Assembly (NCBI GenBank): GCA_964276515.1
Contig: OZ193909.1
Location: 19,778,001-19,842,000, forward strand
Source of the DNA: Gordius albopunctatus
Lineage: Eukaryota
Length of the DNA stretch: 64,000 bases
Direction of reading: 5' to 3'
The notes beneath the pieces are model-generated. The model saw nothing but the letters and a program-made list of their open reading frames with translations. It was not told the DNA's origin and searched no databases. Below, in pieces: positions 27,919-39,386 of this stretch (the first letter of the stretch is position 1; the number at the start of each line of letters is the position of its first letter). The translations under genes and the position numbers were made by a program.

Positions 27919-30900
27919 CTTTTTTCTATGACTGTTTGTTACCTAGGCTGGTGGTCAGTCCTTTCAGCATTCGTTTCCATTTGTTTTTATGTTTACATAG
28001 ATCTTTCTTTATCTTGTGGACTTTCATATCATGCCGTATTTTATGAATCCAGATTAGCTTGGGTCTTCCTCTTCTTCGTTTTCCTGCGAAATTTATCATC
28101 TCGATTTTCTTTCCTACGTAGCTATCGTCCCTTCTTTCTACATGGATATACCATCTTAGTCTATTTGTTAGGAGCTTTGTCGCAATTGATGTAGTACCCA
28201 AAATTCTTCTTATTTCTTAATTTCGCCTATGGTCCTTTTTGCTTACTCCTAGCACCCATCTTAGCATTCTCATATGCATGGCTGCAAGACGTTGCTCTTC
28301 TCTTTTACGTATAGCCTATGATTCCGAGCTATACAGGACTGTTGGCTGTATGATGGATTTATACAGTGCGCTTTTAGTTTTCTGGGGATGTTTTTGTCAC
28401 ACAGAGCACCTGTCAGGTCCCTCCACTTGAGCCATCCAGAATTAATCCTTGCTTGAATTTCTTTATCCATTCCACCATCCGGTTGAAGTTTTGATCGTAA
28501 ATATTTGAAGGAATCCACGCTTGTAAGTTGCCAATCGCCTAAACTAAGGGATGCTCTTTGCTGGTTTTCATCCGATTTAAACTTTGTCTTCATGTATTCT
28601 GTTTTCTTTCTATTTACCCTGAGACCACTTTCTTCTATTGCATTTACCCATCTATTTACAATGTTAGCCAATTCTTGTTCGCTTTTGGCACAGAAGATTA
28701 TATCGTCTGCAAAGATCATTGCCCAAGGAGCTTCCTCGCCCAAATCCTTGGTAATATTATCCATTATCATTGTGAATAGGAAGGGACTAAGAGCTGAACC
28801 TTGATGAACTCCAGTGTTGATGGCAAAGCCTTTTGTAGTCCCCACCGTTGCTCTAACGTACGTTCTATTTCCCTTGTACATATCTTTTATTGCTCTGACG
28901 TATACTTGTGGCACATTGTTTTCTTCAAGACATTTCCAAACTAAATTACGAGGTACTTCATCAAAAGCTTTTTCAAGATAAATGAAACACATGTGCAAAT
29001 CCTCTTCCCTTTCTTTAAATCGTTCCATTAATCTTCTAACACTGTTTAGGGCGTCTGCTGTAGACCTCTCCGGCATAAATCCGAATTGGTTATCTAGAAT
29101 TTGAACCAAACTCCAAAGCCGTTTTTCGATCACTTTCTCCCACACCTTGAAAGTGTGCCTCATAAGCTTTATCCCTCTGTAATTGTTGCAATCCTGAATG
29201 TCCCCTTTCATCTTGTATATCGGGATAATGTAGCTATCCCTCCACTCGTTAGGTATTACACCCGTTTTCAAGATATTGTTGAAAAGGTTGGCGAGGAATT
29301 GTGCACCAGTATTGCCTAACACTTTGAAGCCTTCTATCGGTATATTGTCGGGTCCAAGAGCTTTTCCTGACTTCAGTTTACTCATAGCAACTTTCACTTC
29401 CGTTTCCGTGATCTAGTCCGCTGTGTTTAATTCTCCTATTGTATTTTCCTGGTTAGTGTCTTCGACTACAGGCCCTTTTTAAATTGATAAATCGCTATAA
29501 TAGTCGTACCATCTTTGTGTATATGGCTGTCGTGTGTTAGTATTTATCCCTTTTGACCGTTAATTAGCCGGCAATCTAGGTAATCTTTAGAATTCCGGGC
29601 CCTTGACTTTGCGATTTTGTAGATCAATCTTTCTCCTTCCTTTGAGTTTAGTTTTACATTTATATCGTCGTACACCTTGTTTTTAGCTTTCGCTACTAAT
29701 CTTTTAGCCGATCTTTTAGCTACTTGGTAAGCTTGCTTATCATTAATATCCTTACTTTTATACCAAACTTTGTACAATCTCTTCTTTTCCTTGATACATT
29801 TTTGCATTTCTTCATTCCACCACCACATTTCCTTGAGAATTCCTTTAGTGGGCTTGCTTTCACCTAGTATTTGTCGTCCAGCTTTTCGCATTGTGGCAGC
29901 TATACCATTCCATTGATCCTCACATGAAGTATTTTCCTTAAATTCAGCAAGTTTAATTATTGTTCCTGAAAATGTTGAATATTATCCTTTAGTTTCCTCC
30001 ATTGTATAGTAGCGGCTACTCTTTGAACTTTTTGTCCTTTAAGGCCCTTTAATATAAAGTCCATCACCAACAGCTTGTCTTGCCAGGCCAATATTTCACT
30101 CGGTATTACCTTAACATTTAGAACATACTTTAAGTGCGCTCTATTGACTAGAAAAAAATCTATCTGAGTGGTACGGCTGCCGCTTTTGTACGTTATAAGA
30201 TGTTGCTGTCTGATTTTGAAGAAGGTTTTTCTTATTTCTAGGTCAAAAGCTTGAGCAATTTCTAGAATTTCCGTACCTCCTTCATTTCTTAGGCTGTAAC
30301 CCCGACCACCGTGATTTCTTTCAAATCCTTCCCTTGATTTGCCCACGTGTCCATTGAGGTCCGATCGAATAATTATTAGTCCCTCTTTACCGAATTAGGA
30401 TATAAAATCTTCAAACTCCTTCCAAAAAAACTCTTTTTTCGTCTGAGAGCATCCACTTTGAGGGTCGTATGCTGATATAACGTTTATCGTAGTAGATTTA
30501 TAACAAAGCTGTATCGCCATAATTCTGTCATTGATTCTCTTAACGTCGGCGACAGTTTGCTGAAATTCTTCCGATAGCACTATACCGACGCCATTCCGGT
30601 GAGTTTCTGTACCGTAAAAATATAATTTGTATCCGCCACCTATGTATTTTGCTTTTTAGCTCCTCGATTTGGTTTCTTGTATACACGCGATATCGAATTT
30701 TCTCCTCCTTAGAACGTCTGCCAATTCTCTGCTCTTGCTAGTTATTGTATCAATATTCCATGACCCAAACTTTATCCTACGCAAACTAATGTCTTTAACC
30801 GCTTCCGTTTGTTGAGAGAGCTGTAGCCTTCGTTTATTTCCCACACATTCCAGGCGAAGAATGCGCGCGTCGCTTAAGGGGGACGCCCTATGGTTTTCAT

Positions 30901-31285
30901 TCTGCGTCTTTGTTGTAGTATACATTTTGGTTTATATGGAATGAGGGAGTATTGATATCCCTCATTCCATATAAAGCCTGACGGAACTATGTTAGATTTT
31001 GGCGCTTGACTACCTACTATTCTTTATGATGCAGCCATTTAGGTGAATTAAACTTTTCTTTCGACCACTCGTATTGATAGGCTTAATCTAGCACTTCAAT
31101 TTCACAAAATACTCTCTCAAAAAGCCCAGAAATTTTAGTCTGACCCTTCACCAAGAACCTTGCCAATAGGGTGACCCCACCAGTAACAAACATAAAAAGT
31201 GTGTTGTGGCTACCAAATGTATAGCTTCTTGGATCACGAGATTACACAAGCTCAACCACCACTACAAAGTATTTCTGGCTCGGTT
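27919..31285 (-). mobile_element. Apparently full-length RTE LINE (family B), ORF disrupted
   Basis: 18-bp TSD GAGAGCAAGCACGATTAT (27901-27918, 31286-31303); APE and RT fragments (CIQETK, QIDFFL, GVHQGSALSP, FADD); ~360-nt 5' UTR. Confidence 0.95.
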
Positions 31286-32722
31286 GAGAGCAAGCACGAT
31301 TATACCATTATTTAAAGGCAAAGGAGACCCTCAGGACTGCGGCAATTACAGAGGTATCAAGCTAACTTGCCACTCCTTGAAGCTTTTGGAAAGGATCTTA
31401 GTAACAAGGCTGAAAAGCGAGGTGGAAATATCGGCTAATCAATTCGGATTCGTGGCCGGCAAATCCACAATCGACCCAATCTTCGCCCTGAGACAAATGA
31501 TGGATATGTATGGTGAAAAGAGGAAAGACCTACATATGGTTTTTATCGACTTGGAGAAAGCTTATGACACAGGCCCCCGCGACTTAATATGGTGGTGCCT
31601 GAAGAAACAAAATATCCCTGACGCATATATACGGATTATGAAAAATATCTATGAAGCCTCAAACTCTTGCGTTAGGACGACAGTTGGAGACTCTAAACCT
31701 TTTCGGGTTAATATTGGATTACATCAAGGCTCTGCTTTAAGTCCCTTTTTATTTAATATAATTATAGACACGATAACGAGGAACGTTCAAAAGCCTTCGC
31801 CATGGTGTATGCTATATGCCGATGATATAGTACTATGCGAGGAAACAAGAGAGAAAGTATTCGAAGAAGCCGAAAAATGGTCTAAGCGCTTAGCTGGATA
31901 TGGTTTAAAGGTCAACGATAGAAAAACGGTATACATGGAAATAAACGGTACAGGCACCCCATCGCTGGATGACCATTTAAAGTACCCAAAAGTAGACAGG
32001 TTCACATACCTCGGCTCGATGCTACATCAAGAGGGAGGTTGCACAACAGAAGTCAATGCCCGGATCCAAAAAGGATGGCTTAAATGGCGAAGTATATCCG
32101 GTGTAATGTGAGACAAGAAAATGCCAATATGGTTGAAGAGCAAAGTTTACAAATCCATCGTAAGACCGGTGTTACTCTATGGAAGTGAAACATGGGCATT
32201 AAACACCACGGAAGGAAAGCTATTACAAGCCACGGAGATGAGAATGATACGGTGGAGCTTGGGGTATACTAAGCTCGACCATATGATGAATGACTTTTTC
32301 ATGACAAAAATGGGTATTCAATCTATGGCGGACGTGATTAACAAAAATCGGCTAAGGTGGTATGGTCATATACTAAGGAGGGATACGGATGACGTAAATA
32401 GAAAAGTACTGGACATGGAGGTACCGGGGAAGAGAGAAAAACGACGACCCCGTGTCACGTGGAAAAGGGAAGTCGATAAAGTTATGGAAACTAAAGAGAT
32501 TAGTCAAGACATGGCACTCACCCGGTCAAGATGGAAGAAACTTATCAAAACAAACCTTACCAATGTGGGACCAAATAACTGATAAAGAAGAAGAAGAAGA
32601 AGTTTTAGTTTGGACGCAAATTTAAATTTGACTCGTGAAAGGTAAAATACATAAAATAAATAATATTTTTAAATTGTATTTTAACGGTCTGAAGTGGTAG
32701 TTTATTATTAATTCAACTACAT

Positions 32723-32972
32723 TCATGGGCGTAGCCAGGTTTTAAATTGGGGGGGGGGGGGGGGGGCAGATTATTTTTAACAAAAATTTTTTGCTTGACT
32801 ATCCAAAAATTTTCCTGCGACTGCGACCGTATTTTAAATTTCATTTCACCAAAATAATTTATATTTTTGTGTAAATTCGCTAATAAGCATCTGTATTAAT
32901 TTGAGTTAAGTTCAAATAGAGGGGGGGACATAGGGGGCAGCTGTGCCCCCTGCCCCCCCCCCTTCCTGGCTA
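32723..32972. mobile_element. hAT-type MITE, right end truncated
   Basis: CATGGGCGTAGCCAGG ... CCTGGCTA with G/C-run subterminal motifs. Confidence 0.6.
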
Positions 32973-34048
32973 ATTAGGGAACGGCAAACAATGTTTTTTT
33001 TTAATTTTTAAGTGTTTTTGTATTGAAATCCTTCTTTTTAAAATTTGGGGGGGGGGGGGGGGATCTCACCTTTTTTTAAATTATAATTCTTTAACAAGAA
33101 TCTTAGGCAAAATATGTTTATAGTATAAATATTTTTCCATGTATTATGGGTTTAAAAAAGTTTTAGCGTTGAAAAATTTAGTAAATGGAAAAGATGGATA
33201 GGCATAGATTAATTTAAAGCTGTTATATATATGTTTAATGTTAAAAAATTAAATTTATTATAATAAAAGCTTTAAAAAAAGCTTAATTGTTTTTGCAGTT
33301 ATGGTCACAGGCTGTTTCGAATATAGTTTAAAATATCTTTAGCTAATAAGTTTTTCCCCATATATATAAAGGGTTCCGTCCCCTTCCTCTCTACAAATTT
33401 TGTAGTATTGCCCAATAAACACTACGTTATAGCATTAATTAACATTTTTTATTGCACCTAGTGGTCATCAAAAATGTAATAAAGGTAAAATAAAAATTTT
33501 ATTATGAGAAATCAAATTAATGAATTGTAATTAATTATATCTGGCTCTCATCTTGTCATTCGCATATGTAGGTTAGCGATAAAATGATCCATCGCCTTTC
33601 TAAATTATTATTATTTATTATCCATTAAGGATTTTATCTTAAAAGGATGTCAAATTGTCACATTACCATAAGGTTACAATATACCACTATTCTGATGAAT
33701 ACTTGTCAAGCGCAGATTGTAAGCCACCTTATCGAATTAGAGCTGACTCTTTGGCTAGCTGGGTTCGTGTTGACAACGATATAAACGATGCAGGGTTGAA
33801 CAATTAATAATACAATAGGTTGGAGAAGAGCTGATTTTGGCATTAAAATTGAGTAAATAGCTATTACATTTATAGGTCTAAATTGAAATATATTTTAGAT
33901 GGCACTAATGTTACTTTTTATTGTAACTATTTATAATGTAGTTTCAAACATCTTCACCTTATATGTTTTTTTTGTTGTTAGACGCTGTTATTATGTGGGC
34001 ATAATATAAATTTTTTAAGATATATTTAAGATTAAAAAAATCCTTTTC

Positions 34049-34179
34049 ATCGAATTACTTGGATTATACAGAATTGAATCCTTTAATTCTTTTGAGTAAT
34101 CGCAAGAAAAATTTGTCTCCGGTTTGATGTCCATCTGAAAATAATATGGATAATAAATTATTTAAGTTGAACGAGGTAG
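34049..34179 (-). repeat. Orphan 131-bp copy of Gypsy leader/gag start (27270-27400)
   Basis: Same-orientation match with 3 mismatches by eye; no LTR or TSD seen. Confidence 0.9.
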
Positions 34180-36880
34180 CACAACAGGCAAATTCAATAT
34201 TTTGGGCGAATGGTATTTAGATTGGTAATAACAAGGCAACCTACACTCTCACTTAATTATTCCATGATTTTTTATTAAACTTAGATTTGAGATGGGTCAG
34301 TAATCATAATTTTTTCTTAATTTTTATGCTATCATTATATCTACCGAAATTTATAATTAATTAAAACTTTATTATAATTACAATCCCAATTCCGTGGAAA
34401 AGAAGTGTAGGGTAGGCGTCAAGTCGAAAATTGTCTGTAAAAATTCAGTTTAAATTGATGATAATACAACTTAATAGGTGACCGTGCTAAAGGAATGTAA
34501 CGGGTCCCGCATAAAATAGCCATACCATAAGTAATAATGTTAAATACTGAGATTACCCGATTAGAAAATAGGGCACATCATGTGGTAGTCTTATATAATC
34601 AAAAACGCTCGCCCCATAGTATTATCTAAAATCTAGGGAACCTAGGGGTGATCATTAAACAAAAGCGATCATACATTAAGTGCGCTTCTCATAATAGACT
34701 CTTTTAAGGTGATGTACACTGTTTAATCCTTTCAATAGCTCGGTCTCTAAGGGCTTGTCTTAATATCGGATTTTGCTGCGCAGCAAAAATCGTTGTACGG
34801 GTTATAACATAGCCGCGTCTTAACTTCGAATTCACGGCACATTTACATTTAAGACGGCTAACAAAAAAAAGATTAATCTCAAGATTTGAAATAAACAAAA
34901 AAACGTTTTTAACTATCAAAAAACAAAATATTAGTTATTACAACAAAGTTTGACACATGAAATTGAATCAGATATTTGATAAAGATATATTCGCGCCATT
35001 TGAATCTGAATCCGATATTAAGACAAGCCCTAAGACATGCTAGCTAGTTAACATCACTACCGTGCTATTATTAACAGGGTTTTTCATGAAATGTAATAAC
35101 ATCGTTTCCTTTCTTTAAGGATCGTCATTAATGAATCTTATTCCAATTTTATGTGTTTTTCATATTTTTGTTATGTGATATCCAATATTACTCAAAAAGC
35201 ATAAATAATATAAAACACATGACAAGGCTTATGAATTATGTTATATTCAATCATTTATGTATAAGTCATATTATTAAGTTGCATTTCAATCGTTAATTAG
35301 TATTTTCGATATTCATTTTAAGTCAGAGTCAAATCTGCAAAATTTTGACACTTACTTTTGCTATATAGTGCCCTTTAGGCTAAGTATAATCTTAAATTAT
35401 GTTTTCTGATTAATCAGTGGATGAATTAAATCTGCTACTCAGATGGCCACCACGTTTGATTTGATTCTTTAAAGTATTGAGGGACAACTAAAAGAGTCTT
35501 TTATTTAGGCGACCTTTATATATATTTTATCAACATGGATTTATATTTTGTTCAAGACATTTTAAACCAACCCAGATGAAACAAAAAACGGAACAAAAAT
35601 GAGCAAAATAATCAATCGTTAAACTAAATAAAGCGAGATTTTTATTTAATATTTTAATAATCCTAAAAATTCAATTATTCAAACTATTTAAACAACTTTA
35701 CATTATAAATCCTCTAATTGTTTAGACTTGCATAATACAAAAACTTAAATTAAAGATACAAGTTGATATGATGATGGTATGTAGCAGTGCTTTTCATCTG
35801 CTCGAGCTCAGCCCTATCCCAATGTTTTCTGTCTAATTTGGATCCCAATCCAATAGAAATAATTTTCTAATTTACTAGTTTTAAAAAAGGTTGTAAAATA
35901 AGTAAGGCCCCCTCCCAAATGCTTATAAGACATTGTGAAGATCATAATAAATAATATTAGGAAGTATTCATTCAAGTAAGAAAATAACGCACATTACTAA
36001 ATATCATGTTTGAGTTAAAAAGTGGCAATGTTGATTTTCAACAATTGCTTATAAATTGAGCTGTATGCTCTAATAATCCATCATTATATATTACATTAGG
36101 CATTTTCATTTAGACTATTAACATTTTAATGTCCGTGAATAGTAGATAGATTAATGTCAGAAATTAAAGTTATTAAGTCAACTCAATATTAAACTGTGAA
36201 AGTGTCTAATTGTAAAAATTTTCGTATTACAAAAAAAATGATGTTTGATATACAATGATATTTTTTTGAATGTAAAAATATTTATTGCTTAAGTCGTTTT
36301 TTGAGACATAAGGTAGGCGGCGAAATATTATAAAATCTATTAAGTCCACGCTGTTTAAATAAATTTGCAATAAAATCTTATTTTGGGTTAATATGAGTGT
36401 CTTTCGTTTAGTTTGAAAGTTGGCTTTTGAAAGAATTTAACAAATATTGGTGGGTATTATATAGTTTTTATACTCTATACTTAAAGATTGCATAAGTTTT
36501 ATTATATATATGTTGGGCCAAAAAAGATTTATTACTTTTAGATTTAGCTTTTTTATAGCAATAATGAAAACATATCGTGGTTGTCAACGAGTAACTAATT
36601 TGGAAAGGCTAAAACATTGGTATGAGGATTAATTTTAACTCACTATATTCTGACCCCAATGCATAAATTATGTATATTGAAATCAATCATTTACTTCTAG
36701 GACCATCAAAATAATATCACTATAAAAGACCTTTTTTATAGTTTTTAATTTTATTAAATATTTTTATGTCTTTACAAATCCATGATATACCAATATATGA
36801 GTTTGTTAATCTTCGCACATATTATGTCATGAGTGTTACATTTTAAGCTATTTTCAAAATATCTATATGTCTATAACTTT

Positions 36881-37903
36881 ATGGCAAACCCGGAAGATTA
36901 CTTATGGATTAATGGAATATTCTTGAGCATTATTATAATTTCAACTATTATTGGTACTCTTGGTAATATTTGTTTACTGCTTCTTATATGGAGTCTTAAA
37001 AAGCTTAGACAACAATCAGCCATGATTATAATATCCAACATTGCTCTTACTGACGTCATAGGAGGTCTTAGTACAGGTATGAGTTATGTCTTCAAATACT
37101 ATGAGCTGAATTTTGTTAAAAATGCTGTGTTCTGCACTATTATGGGTATGCTCACGGAAATCGCCTTTATGTCGCATTCCATACACTTACTGATACTGGC
37201 TTTGAATCGCTTCCTTAACGTTTGTTTTCCCTTTAACGTTATTAGCAAAAAGGTGACATCGAGCAAATATACATACATACAAATAGGGATCATTTGGACT
37301 GTAAGCGTTATAGTTCGAATCCTACAAAATAGTGTGGGTGGAATAATATATAACAATTTTTATTTTACGTGCCTCCAAAATTATCATAATTTTAAACCGG
37401 CTTTGTTCAAAGCCCATCTAATATGGCAATACACAAATTCCTGTATAATCCTGGTGATATACTTAATTATAATTCGATATATGCGAAAACAGAGAGAGTT
37501 TTTTGCCAACATGAGAACTAAGGCAACCGCACAACCTTCTGATACGTCAAATGATAACGGAATAAGTCAGCAGTCAAATATGTCAAAGGCTAATAAGTTT
37601 GTGCCACCTAATCTTGGTCGCAATCTAATTTCTACCAGAAAGGCTCGTGAAAACGATTTAGTTCAATACTCGTTATTTATATTTGCCATTTATTTATTTG
37701 AAACTTTATCATTTAATTTTTCAAACAAAACTTTTAGCTCTGATCCTTTAACACAAAAAATACTTGCCAACATCATAACTTTACTTTTTTATTTCATATT
37801 TACTTTAAACCCTCTCATTTCCTTCGTGTTTACAAAAGTTTTTAAACAAGAAGCTATAAACATTATCAAAATGTACACGTTTTTTAAATCAACGTTACAC
37901 TAA
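36881..37903 (+). CDS. Intronless rhodopsin-like (class A) 7TM GPCR, ~340 aa, ligand unknown
   Basis: Seven hydrophobic segments; GN in TM1, NIALTD in TM2, Cys at the top of TM3, LALNRF in place of DRY, W in TM4, NPLI in TM7. First ATG at 36881; TATAAAAG at 36721. Confidence 0.88.
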   Translation: MANPEDYLWINGIFLSIIIISTIIGTLGNICLLLLIWSLKKLRQQSAMIIISNIALTDVIGGLSTGMSYVFKYYELNFVKNAVFCTIMGMLTEIAFMSHSIHLLILALNRFLNVCFPFNVISKKVTSSKYTYIQIGIIWTVSVIVRILQNSVGGIIYNNFYFTCLQNYHNFKPALFKAHLIWQYTNSCIILVIYLIIIRYMRKQREFFANMRTKATAQPSDTSNDNGISQQSNMSKANKFVPPNLGRNLISTRKARENDLVQYSLFIFAIYLFETLSFNFSNKTFSSDPLTQKILANIITLLFYFIFTLNPLISFVFTKVFKQEAINIIKMYTFFKSTLH

Positions 37904-39386
37904 ATCTTTAAAAGGCACAAATAAACTTGTTTGTTTATAGGTGGATATAATTTGTTTTAAAACTATTTAACGCTGTAGATTTACTATTATATTTATAAAT
38001 AAATCCAAATTGTTCAAAATTCAAGTATCCAAATTTTCGTAAATAATGTGTACGTAACATTTACTTCAGTGCCTAATTATTGTATGGTTATATTTTTACA
38101 TTTTTCTTATAAATTACTTTACATTAACAAATTAATTACTTACTCTAACATTAATTTCATATCAGAGGTACTGTTCCTAACTTTATTTTTTGTCATTATA
38201 TTATAATTCTTTTCCTTCTATTATAGACATCTTACCTTAGTTGCCCTCATTAATACATCTGCACTTATACGACATAATATTGATGTTCATTAAACTATTA
38301 ATCTCTTTAAAAATACAATATAGATTTATTTACCCTGCGATAAATAAATGTTCAAACAATTGAAGTCAATGTTTAGTCCTCAAAAACTTGTGTTAGATGT
38401 ATTAATGTTCATAAAAATAATCTAAATGCAAACACATTTTACAAAATATTTTACTTTACTAGAAAAAAGGTGATCTATATTTGTGCATTAAAAGTAAGCA
38501 ATATTAGAAAGTTTTTAGATTGTTTATATAGGATCATTGACAAACATTTCTCTACCTGAAGATCTCATTATAAATTAAATATTCACCTTTAGGTGTTTAA
38601 TTATAATTAACTTACCTCAGCAGCGTGACGTGCCTATAGATTCAGACTAAATTAAAACCGGTTTAATAATATAAGGATTTTAATTACAATGGCTTACATT
38701 ACTAGGACTTAAGTATCAAAGCTCCCTCCTTCATTAAAAAGTAATTGATATTTAATGAAATGAGATAAAAGATAACAAGCTTCAAAAATATTTTTCCAAT
38801 ATTTTTTAACAAAGTTTATTCCCCACCTTAGTAGTTAGAAACATTAATGCTTTTATTTTGATAGTGTTCATTATTTGAAGAATAAAGACACTTAAAAATC
38901 ATATAGCCTTGAAAAGCTAATAGGTAGTAAAGTTATAAAATAAATTTTTAGAGATCAATTAATTTACTAATTAGTTATACCACTTTTTCATGTTAATTTT
39001 CTTATTAATAAACTTAAAACTATGCCAATTATAAGGTAAATTATAGTTTTGTAGTAAATAAAATAATATCTTTGATAGGGGTATTTTTTATCTATTTTAA
39101 ATTAAAAAAAATAAATTCTATTTAATAGTTATCAAAATTATTAATTTTATACGAAAATACACGAAATAATAAATGAAAGTTGCAGTTCTATGTGATTTAT
39201 GTCATTATAGACAACTTATAAATCTTGAACAGCTAAATTATTGTGGAATAAGTTAGTGCTACACGGGCTAATTTTTGCAATAAAACATAAAAAATTTTAG
39301 TTAATCGCTAATAACATATATTTTACCAATTACATATTTATAACGTATCAGTTAAAATTTACTAAGTAATATACAAAAAAAAATCT

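Larger units (their letters stand above)
22000..32602 (+). mobile_element. RTE-clade LINE (family A), split into 22000-23420, 27637-27918 and 31286-32602 by two insertions
   Basis: APE (WNAGTL, CLQETRW, AYAPQ, QIDY), RT (FIDLEKAYD, GLHQGSALSP, YADD), C-terminal LRWYGH, (GAA)n tail 32585-32602. The frame reads MERWKGYF and QWRASTIIPLFK across the insertion sites. Confidence 0.93.
19817..32700 (+). mobile_element. 5' remnant of a hAT element (family of 49586-56889) hosting CRE, RTE and Gypsy insertions
   Basis: TAGAGAACTGC resembles TIR TAGAGCCCTGC; CCCGA/TCGGG subterminal repeats at 19838-19852 and 21811-21870; 21875-21990 and 32605-32670 resemble 49745-49950. Right boundary is approximate. 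Confidence 0.6.

Noticed and set aside
31206..32111. 301-aa ORF as a standalone RT gene with a novel N-terminus
   Set aside because: Chimeric: the first ~27 codons are the antisense 5' UTR of RTE-B read through the TSD into RTE-A.
34704..34919. 71-aa minus-strand ORF in a slightly GC-richer patch
   Set aside because: No recognisable domain or gene structure; cannot be supported without a search.
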